From positions 6,398 to 70,397 of the forward strand of contig CAZFNI010000007.1 in assembly GCA_964520655.1 (NCBI GenBank): a DNA stretch of 64,000 nt, in the 5' to 3' direction. Source of the stretch: an uncultured Planctomycetales bacterium. Its GTDB lineage: Bacteria; Omnitrophota; Gorgyraeia; Zapsychrales; Fredricksoniimonadaceae. Shown here piece after piece: positions 45,324 to 52,156 of this stretch (position 1 is the stretch's first letter; each line of letters starts with the position of its first letter). The notes under the pieces were generated by a model that saw nothing but the letters and a program-made list of their open reading frames with translations, was not told where the DNA came from and searched no databases. Both the position numbers and the translations under genes were made by a program.

Positions 45324-47068
45324 CGGTTCTCGGGATCTTTCTGGTGCTGTTCATCCCTGACCCGTCGTCGACGGTGGCGCAGCTGTTCTTGGGCGACTAT
45401 TTCCATGACTGGGATGTGGTCTTCATGGGGCCGGTCTACGGATTGTTCTGCGATCTTGTTCCCAACATCGATGTCAATACGACCTATGGGTTTGGATTAA
45501 GTCTGCTCATCAAGTGGGGGATGCAGCTTTTGGGCGGATTTGATTATACGCATGCGCTTGTCGTATTAGTCTGGCTGGGAATTATTTATTTTGTCGCCTG
45601 GTATTTTTTGCTGCGCCGGCTGTTTGAGCATCGGCTGCTGGCCTTTATCGCCATTTTGCTTGGCATGCGTTTTCAGATGTTTGTTTCGATCCTGATCCCC
45701 ATCGTCTGGAACGATATCCAATGCTCAGTGCTGCGTTTTTATTTTGACGCGGCCTTTTTCTGGAGTTTATACCTGCATCAGAACAAAGGTGGTCAGCGTT
45801 ATCTTTGGCTCATGGGGTTATCTGCGGCGCTGGGGATCTTCCATATGCCGACCATGGGGATATTTTTAGCGATGACCATGGTCGTTTATCTGGCCTTCTT
45901 GACCCTTGATGGATATTTTAAGGAAGGGATGAAATCCTTGGGCTCAGCGGCCTCCAATGCCCGGCCTTTGATCTTTATCCCGGTCGTCGTCTTCATCTTG
46001 TATTATGCCATTGTTAGGGACCATATTTTCACCGGAACATTCTGGGCCAACACCGCCGGATTCGCGTCCTATTTTGCTAAAGGATTTTTCTATAGCCCGA
46101 TGCTTGACCCGCTTAAACGGGGCAATTATCTGATGGTCATCGGCGGGATCTTGATCCCGCTGTGGTATCTGTTCTGCCTGTTCTTTTTCGGCTGGCGCTA
46201 TCTTACCCCTGCCAGAAGATCCAGGGATATATGGATCGTTCTGCTGTCCGTGTATGGTCTGGGGATATTCACGTATTTTGTCGGGATGTCCCATAAATAT
46301 TCGACGGTGTCTCTGCCGGCGACATTTGTTTCCTTTCTTGTCCTTGATGAGATCTTGGCCCGCGCCTCGCGGCACTGGAAATTCCGGATCACGTGGACTT
46401 TGCTTGCGGTGAGTATTTATGCTCTTGCGGTCGAGCCTATGTTCAAGGCCTACCCCAACTGGCTTAATATTTCCCGCGATCCGGTCGTTGACGAGCGCGT
46501 GACCATGAAAACTCCCAATGGAAAACCGTATTTTCAGCAGCTGGCCATCGATTTCCCAGAGTGGATCAAGGTCCCCTTCAATTCGCTGGGGGAGACGGAT
46601 GAGAAGTTCAAATATGAGAAAGATTTCGTCAACAGCGACGCGTTAAAGTCCTATTACCGTCTGGAGACCGCGTTTGTCGAGGACGCGGGCTTGATCCGTC
46701 GTTTGACCAGCCCCGGCGACAGGGTGGCCTTATTATCCAGTTTTGAGGTGATGATCCTTTCTAAAGCACAGCGTAAACCACTGTTCTATTATTTCCCATT
46801 GCTTAATTCCCATCCCATGCGCATGCGAAATTTCGTGGTCACGACCATATTTAGCTACCCGCAATTGCGCCAGAGCATTGACCAGTTAAACGCGGCCATG
46901 CCGCCCTATATTTTTATGGAGAAGGTGTTCTTGACGGAGCAGGTCCACCCCTGGTATTTTGAACAATTCGAGGATTTGATCGCGCTGATCCGCTGGATCA
47001 AATATTATTATACGCCGGTCGAACAGGGCAAATACTTGGTGGCCATGAAAAGGAAGACCGATGGTTGA
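45302..47068 (+). CDS. Family C4, remainder (about 588 aa) of a split or frameshifted gene
   Basis: A different frame is open from 45284, with ATG at 45302 (MVWADLLAVLGIFLVLFIPDP..). It carries the loop motif QLFLGDYFHDWDVVFMGP....DVNTTYGFGL, then GMRFQMF. The C-terminus is VALLSSFEVMILSKAQRKPLFYYFPL....MPPYIFMEKV....YYTPVEQGKYLVAMKR. Confidence 0.55.
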   Translation: MVWADLLAVLGIFLVLFIPDPSSTVAQLFLGDYFHDWDVVFMGPVYGLFCDLVPNIDVNTTYGFGLSLLIKWGMQLLGGFDYTHALVVLVWLGIIYFVAWYFLLRRLFEHRLLAFIAILLGMRFQMFVSILIPIVWNDIQCSVLRFYFDAAFFWSLYLHQNKGGQRYLWLMGLSAALGIFHMPTMGIFLAMTMVVYLAFLTLDGYFKEGMKSLGSAASNARPLIFIPVVVFILYYAIVRDHIFTGTFWANTAGFASYFAKGFFYSPMLDPLKRGNYLMVIGGILIPLWYLFCLFFFGWRYLTPARRSRDIWIVLLSVYGLGIFTYFVGMSHKYSTVSLPATFVSFLVLDEILARASRHWKFRITWTLLAVSIYALAVEPMFKAYPNWLNISRDPVVDERVTMKTPNGKPYFQQLAIDFPEWIKVPFNSLGETDEKFKYEKDFVNSDALKSYYRLETAFVEDAGLIRRLTSPGDRVALLSSFEVMILSKAQRKPLFYYFPLLNSHPMRMRNFVVTTIFSYPQLRQSIDQLNAAMPPYIFMEKVFLTEQVHPWYFEQFEDLIALIRWIKYYYTPVEQGKYLVAMKRKTDG

Positions 47069-48308
47069 ACGAAAGATCATCAGCATCATTACAGCCTTGG
47101 TACTCGTCGAGTCCTTGCAGGCGCTTGCGTTGATCGCGCATATTTATAGTTTTATCCCCATCTCCCTCAAAGGCCCGATCCTGCCAGGGCTTGAGCCGGA
47201 AAGGGAGAGTTTTCTCTACATCATTTTCCTGGCCATGGTTTTTGTGCTGACGATCGTGCTGACGGCGCTGTTATATAAGCCGCTTAAGTCCGCTGCTTTT
47301 CAACAGAGAGCATTGAAGTTCGTATATTTGGAAACGCTCTGGATGGGACTGATGCTGTTTGCCTTCTTTAAATGGGTAAGCTACCAGCATCCTTTCTATA
47401 ATATTCTGCCGCTGGAGAACGGACGATGGGTATATCCGTTCTTTTACGCAGTTGCCTTTTTAAGCTTTTTGACAAAGATATTCTGGGCGGAGATCGTCAG
47501 GTTTTGGGAGAGCTGGGAACAGGGGCGGGGCCGCAGACTGGTGACAAAAGAAAAACCATTGGCTGTTTATGCCGCCGGGATAATGTTTGCGGCCGCATTG
47601 TTGTACCCCAATGTGCCGCTTGCCTCGCAGGTCATTGCCTCCTGGAGCCGTTTTGCGCCATGGCAGAATTTCTGGCTGACGCGTTTTTTTCTTGAACGGG
47701 GATTCTCTCCTGAGGCGATCATTGCGTGTTTATACGGTCTTAATATGATCGTCCTGGGCGTGATCTTTGTCGGAGCGCATCGCTACTTGAAGAATTCCTG
47801 GCTGGCCTTTGGTGTCCTCATGCTGACGATCCAAATGACGTTTTTCCATTACGGCACATCACCGGTGTGCTGGAATGCTCCGCAGAATACGCTCATCAAT
47901 TTCGGCTGGGACTTTGGCTTTATGAAAGACGCCGCGCATTTGCCCATGTTCGCTGCCTTGCGTGTGCGCCAGTTTCTTTCATTCTTTATGGGATATGCCA
48001 TCGCGGTGTTGTATGTCTTCTCTATATTATATTGCTGGGGCAAAGATAGAATGGCGGTGATCTTAAGTGGCCTTGGCTTACTCTTATATACCCGCTATAT
48101 CGCCCATGCCGATGTATTTGCTTTTGGGGCGGCATCCTTCCCGGCAATGATCTTGTCTGCGCACTGGTTGAGAATTGTAATAAGGCGATTTTTTCCCAAA
48201 CAGGAAAATGCTGTTTATATCGCGCTTGCCGCAACGTCAGTTTTCATGCTGTTAACCAACCGGGTATTTGTGACCTACCCGCATTTTTGGATGAACAATG
48301 TTCCATAA
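47061..48308 (+). CDS. Family C5: truncated or degenerate member (415 aa) with the membrane domain only
   Basis: The N-terminus is colinear with family C (..FIPISLKGPILPGLEPERESFLYIIFLAMVFVL.., ..KIFWAEI.., ..TIQMTFFHYGTSPVCW..). It lacks the (E/D)Q.HH.D loop segment. It stops at ..FVTYPHFWMNNVP, which is where the C-terminal soluble domain begins in the paralogs. Confidence 0.5.
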   Translation: MVERKIISIITALVLVESLQALALIAHIYSFIPISLKGPILPGLEPERESFLYIIFLAMVFVLTIVLTALLYKPLKSAAFQQRALKFVYLETLWMGLMLFAFFKWVSYQHPFYNILPLENGRWVYPFFYAVAFLSFLTKIFWAEIVRFWESWEQGRGRRLVTKEKPLAVYAAGIMFAAALLYPNVPLASQVIASWSRFAPWQNFWLTRFFLERGFSPEAIIACLYGLNMIVLGVIFVGAHRYLKNSWLAFGVLMLTIQMTFFHYGTSPVCWNAPQNTLINFGWDFGFMKDAAHLPMFAALRVRQFLSFFMGYAIAVLYVFSILYCWGKDRMAVILSGLGLLLYTRYIAHADVFAFGAASFPAMILSAHWLRIVIRRFFPKQENAVYIALAATSVFMLLTNRVFVTYPHFWMNNVP

Positions 48309-50445
48309 AGAAGATCTTAAGATCAGCGTATTGAGTATCTGCAGCGCGATGCAAGTGGCCGTGCTCGTGGCCCAGGCACTGTCAGCGTTGAATGCGGCCT
48401 CTGGGGTTTATGACGGCATTGTCTATGTCGCTTTTTTGGTCAGTAGTGTCTTTGTGTTCGCTCTGTTAAAAAAGCAGCGGGACTTAGCTTGGAATGTGTG
48501 GATGGAAATGCTGGTGACGTTTCTGTTGCTAAGCGCTGTCTTTAAAAGCACCATCTATGACAATAGTCCGTTTCTGGCCAATGCCGCTGTGCTTTCGCTG
48601 CTTACGATCGCGGCTGCGATAAAAGTATTCTCGCTTGAGATATCGTCGGGATTGTTAAGGCTATCCGCGAAAGCGCGTGTAATGTCGTCATTTGGGCCGA
48701 TCGCTTCCTGTGCCGCCATCGCCGCATTGGTCTATGTGCCCAATCTAAATGCGGTGCTGGCGGAGGTCTTTATCGGCGAGCAGGCGCATCATTTGGACTT
48801 TTTTGTGATGTCTCCGGGATGGTCATGTTTTAACGGCGGTAAGCCCTACGTGGATGTGATCTCTCAATACGGGGTGGGCATACCGGTTATTTTTGCTAAC
48901 TTAAGCCGCATTCTTGGCGGGTTTGATTATTTGACCTTCCTTCAGGTGAACATGGCTTTCGGTATCTTGTATTTTATATTGTTCTTTTGGGTGACGCGCG
49001 CATGGCTTGGCAGCACGATGCTTGGGTTTGCCGCATTCCTGGTGTGTTTTCGTCTGCAAATGTTCCATTACGGGGTCAGCCCCCTGTGCTGGATCTATCC
49101 ATCCTCAACACCTATCCGTTTTGGGCTGGACATCCTCTGGTTGTGGCTGTTGTGGCGCCATCTGCAGACCGGCAGGGGGATCTTTCTGATCTTAGCCGCT
49201 TTGTACAGCGGGTTTGCTGTTTATTTCATGACATCGACGGGTATTTTTATCATGGTCACGTTCTACGCATATTTAGCAGGGCTGCTGGTACTGCAAGGAC
49301 TCCGCAAAGAAAAAATATTATCGCCCAGGCTTATGGCAGCGGCTGCTATCATCCCCGTGGTATCGGCCTTTGTATTCTTTTGGATCACCCTGGGTGGACA
49401 TGTTGTCAGTCAAACGTTCTGGCGGAATGTCGTCGAGTATATGTCATATTTCTCCAACGGACGCGGCGCTTTGCCTATCTTTGAAAGTTTGAAATACCGC
49501 AACTATTGGGTCGCGCTGATGGCTCTGGCTGTTCCTTTATTGTATGTGGCGACCGCCGTCAGCGTCGGGATCGCGTTATGGAAAGAAAAAGTCGATCGCA
49601 AATATTTGTTTGTTGTCACGATCGCGGTCTATGGGTTGGTCAATTATCAATATTTCGTTGTGCGTTCGGCGATGACCAGTTATTACAGCAATGCGGTGCC
49701 TTTCGTGCTACTGTGCGCGTTCTGGGCTGACATTGCCGTCAAACATTACATGCCGGCGAAAAAGGGGAAGATCTACGGACTGTGCGCCATTCTGGCCTTC
49801 TATGCACTGGCCACCAATCACAATTACATCAGCTATCCCAATCTGTTCAATTTCAGCCGTAACCCTTTGGTTGACATCACCGTGGCCCAGCGTTTCCCTG
49901 ACCGGCAGGGCTATTTCCATCATTTGGTCAAACATATCAAGGAAGAGGATAAGGTCGCCTTTAATGCGGCGGGCGACGGGGACGAGCATTTGATGACGGA
50001 GGATAGCTTTAAGACGGATAAGGAGTTGATCGATTTTGTTAAAAGCGAGAATGATTTCAGCCTCGATGCCGCGCTGATCGATTCTCTTGTGTCTTCCAAA
50101 GAACCCACGGCGGTCTTAAGCAGTTTTGAAACGAAGATCCTGATCCAGGCCAAGCGGGCGCCGTTCTTTTACCATACACCGCTTATCACCTCCCAGCCGA
50201 TGCGGGTGCGCTACTTTCCGGCGGATGCCGCGCACAGTCCAAGTTTTTTGGCAGACACACTGCGCCAGCTGGAGGATAAGAAACCGGCTTATGTATTTAT
50301 CGAGAATGTCTTTTTGCAGGAGATCATTCCGGCAAGCTACAGGGAGTCAAACGCAAATATATTGACAATCATCGCCTATATCAGGCAGAATTATACCCCT
50401 TTTAAGAGGGGACAGTATTTGACAGCAATGAAGAGACATGAATAA
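48298..50445 (+). CDS. Family C6: uncharacterised large polytopic membrane protein (715 aa); last gene of the array
   Basis: Motifs: EVFIGEQAHHLDFFVMSPG....YVDVISQYGVGIP and CFRLQMFHYGV. The C-terminus is TAVLSSFETKILIQAKRAPFFYHTPL....KPAYVFIENV....NYTPFKRGQYLTAMKR. Confidence 0.6.
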   Translation: MFHKEDLKISVLSICSAMQVAVLVAQALSALNAASGVYDGIVYVAFLVSSVFVFALLKKQRDLAWNVWMEMLVTFLLLSAVFKSTIYDNSPFLANAAVLSLLTIAAAIKVFSLEISSGLLRLSAKARVMSSFGPIASCAAIAALVYVPNLNAVLAEVFIGEQAHHLDFFVMSPGWSCFNGGKPYVDVISQYGVGIPVIFANLSRILGGFDYLTFLQVNMAFGILYFILFFWVTRAWLGSTMLGFAAFLVCFRLQMFHYGVSPLCWIYPSSTPIRFGLDILWLWLLWRHLQTGRGIFLILAALYSGFAVYFMTSTGIFIMVTFYAYLAGLLVLQGLRKEKILSPRLMAAAAIIPVVSAFVFFWITLGGHVVSQTFWRNVVEYMSYFSNGRGALPIFESLKYRNYWVALMALAVPLLYVATAVSVGIALWKEKVDRKYLFVVTIAVYGLVNYQYFVVRSAMTSYYSNAVPFVLLCAFWADIAVKHYMPAKKGKIYGLCAILAFYALATNHNYISYPNLFNFSRNPLVDITVAQRFPDRQGYFHHLVKHIKEEDKVAFNAAGDGDEHLMTEDSFKTDKELIDFVKSENDFSLDAALIDSLVSSKEPTAVLSSFETKILIQAKRAPFFYHTPLITSQPMRVRYFPADAAHSPSFLADTLRQLEDKKPAYVFIENVFLQEIIPASYRESNANILTIIAYIRQNYTPFKRGQYLTAMKRHE

Positions 50446-50449
50446 CAGC

Positions 50450-50495
50450 GACTAAAGATAAGTGATAAGATCGATCTTATCGCTTATCTTTAGTC
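50450..50495 (+). terminator. 46-nt near-perfect palindrome (23-bp stem with one G-U pair) 5 nt after the last stop codon of the array; a putative terminator or processing hairpin with no T-tract
   Basis: GACTAAAGATAAGTGATAAGATC|GATCTTATCGCTTATCTTTAGTC, centred on GATCGATC. The single non-Watson-Crick position is a U-G pair. It is followed by CACGCATTTATGC, not by a U-run. Confidence 0.45.
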
Positions 50496-50529
50496 CACGC
50501 ATTTATGCATAACGCATGAAAGGAAACGT

Positions 50530-50847
50530 ATGACCATTGATGAATTCAAGAAATTCGAATTGATCGTTGCTCAGATCAAGGAAGTCAAGGAACACCCCAA
50601 CGCGGACAGGCTCTACGTGCTGCAGGTCGACACGGGCAAAGATGTGCGCCAGATCGTCGCCGGGATACGCCGCGCCTATACGCCTGAGCAATTGATCGGC
50701 CGACGCATCGTGCTGATCGCTAACCTCGAGCCGGCGGTCATCCGCGGAGAGGCCTCCAACGGCATGCTTTTGGCTGCGTCCGATGAAACACAAATGGGAC
50801 TGCTGATGCCTGACAAAGATATCGCGCTGGGCAGTCCGGTAAAGTAA
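50530..50847 (+). CDS. Stand-alone tRNA-binding domain protein (CsaA / EMAP-II / MetRS C-terminal-domain-like)
   Basis: F.KFELIVAQIKEVKEHPNADRLYVLQVDTGKDVRQIVAGIRRAYTPEQLIGRRIVLIANLEPAVIRGEASNGMLLAA is the classic OB-fold tRNA-binding signature. Confidence 0.8.
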   Translation: MTIDEFKKFELIVAQIKEVKEHPNADRLYVLQVDTGKDVRQIVAGIRRAYTPEQLIGRRIVLIANLEPAVIRGEASNGMLLAASDETQMGLLMPDKDIALGSPVK

Positions 50848-50875
50848 CGTATAAGGGGGCGGTCACCTTTATCTA

Positions 50876-51598
50876 TTAGCTGCGGTATTGACCCTTAATG
50901 AGATTCCATTTGATGCGGACAAGGTCGCGCAGGGATGTCAGGGCGTCGCGCAGGGCTCGGACCTGGGAGCTGTTGTGATGGTTCCAGACAACCGGCAGCT
51001 CTCCAATCCTAAAATTTTTGGCTATGGCAATGCCGATAATTTCCGTGTCATAGGCCCACTGGTCGATCTCCTGACGGGAGAAGATGTCTTTTGAAGCGGC
51101 AGCGGTGAACATTTTAAATCCGCAGGTGAAATCCTGGATGTTACGCCCGACGCAGATCTTGGAAAGCAGCAGGAAGAATTTACCCAAAATTTCCCGGTGC
51201 AGCGGCTGTCGGATCTTTTGCGCATGAAAGTGTGATTTGCGTTCCCCAAGCAGAACGTCGTATTGTCCGGTGCGCATCGCCGCAAGAAAATCATCCACAG
51301 CATCCAGAGAGGTGGAGAGGTCGACGTCCATGAACAGATGGAAACGTCCTCGGGCTTGAAGCATCCCCAAACGTACGGCATGGCCTTTGCCGGCATTGCG
51401 TTCATAGCTTAAGATCTTAAACGTATCCGCCGGCAATTGGCGCATGCATTCTAAAGTATTGTCCCTCGAGCCGTCATTGACCAAAATGATCTCGTGGGTG
51501 ACCTTAAGCGATCTAAGCTTTTGTTGGATCAACAGCGCGTTGCGCTGGATGTCGGCGGCTTCATTGAATGCCGGCAGGATGACAGATAGTTCGATCAT
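50876..51598 (-). CDS. GT2 glycosyltransferase, polyprenyl/dolichyl-phosphate sugar synthase-like (DPM1/Alg5/GtrB-CsbB catalytic-domain type, no TM tail)
   Basis: Motifs: LSVILPAFNEAADI, HEIILVNDGSRDNT, NAGKGHAVRLGM, FMDVDLS (the DxD motif) and FTCGFKMF. 240 aa. Convergent with the tRNA-binding gene. Confidence 0.8.
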   Translation of the reverse strand: MIELSVILPAFNEAADIQRNALLIQQKLRSLKVTHEIILVNDGSRDNTLECMRQLPADTFKILSYERNAGKGHAVRLGMLQARGRFHLFMDVDLSTSLDAVDDFLAAMRTGQYDVLLGERKSHFHAQKIRQPLHREILGKFFLLLSKICVGRNIQDFTCGFKMFTAAASKDIFSRQEIDQWAYDTEIIGIAIAKNFRIGELPVVWNHHNSSQVRALRDALTSLRDLVRIKWNLIKGQYRS

Positions 51599-51619
51599 GG
51601 ATTATTTGGGTTTGTGCTG

Positions 51620-51625
51620 TATAAT
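51620..51625 (+). promoter_or_regulatory. Perfect TATAAT -10 box in the divergent region between the GT2 (-) and YkgJ-like (+) genes
   Basis: The context is gtgcTGTATAATc, 42 nt upstream of ATG 51668. The -35 element (TGGATT) is poor. Confidence 0.3.
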
Positions 51626-51667
51626 CAAATATTGACCGATTATACATGAACCATTTCTGGAATACTA

Positions 51668-52156
51668 ATGAAAAGCAACGCAAGTCTTGAATTAAAGCAA
51701 TTTGTCCCATCTTCCGTCTGTTTACAATGCGAGGGTTGCTGCCGCTATGAATCAGCGGATTCCTTGTGGCGGCCTAAATGGGACAAGCGTGAATTCCTTG
51801 ACGACAATGATTACATCACCACCATTCAGGAGTGCGGCAAGCATTTGTGCCGTTTCCTAAATACAAAAGACAATACCTGCCGGGTCTATGCCGAACGCCC
51901 ATTTGAGTGCGCGTTATACCCGTTCGTGCTTTCTTTAAACAAAGGCAAGGTCGAAGTGCATTTGCACTTGGCTTGTCCCTATGTGCAGGACAATCAGGAC
52001 ACAGGGGCTATTGAGGGATATATCGATCATTTGAAACAGTTCTTCCAGAGCCCGGAATGCATCGCTTTTTTAAAACGTCAGCGCCATTTGATCCACGATT
52101 ACGCGCCGGTCGCGCTCGAGCTAAAGTATGTGTTTACAATACAAGCCGCTATTTGA
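51668..52156 (+). CDS. YkgJ-family cysteine-cluster (zinc/iron-chelating, UPF0153-like) protein
   Basis: CLQCEGCCRY...LCRFLNTKDNTCRVYAERPFECALYPF matches the CxxCxxCC ... C.(F/L)L....C.(I/V)Y..RP..C..(F/Y)P pattern. Confidence 0.7.
   Translation: MKSNASLELKQFVPSSVCLQCEGCCRYESADSLWRPKWDKREFLDDNDYITTIQECGKHLCRFLNTKDNTCRVYAERPFECALYPFVLSLNKGKVEVHLHLACPYVQDNQDTGAIEGYIDHLKQFFQSPECIAFLKRQRHLIHDYAPVALELKYVFTIQAAI

Noticed and set aside
50848-50875. A bidirectional terminator between the convergent genes 50530-50847(+) and 50876-51598(-)
   Set aside because: The gap is only 28 nt and holds at best a 4-bp stem (AAGG/CCTT). That is not enough to call.
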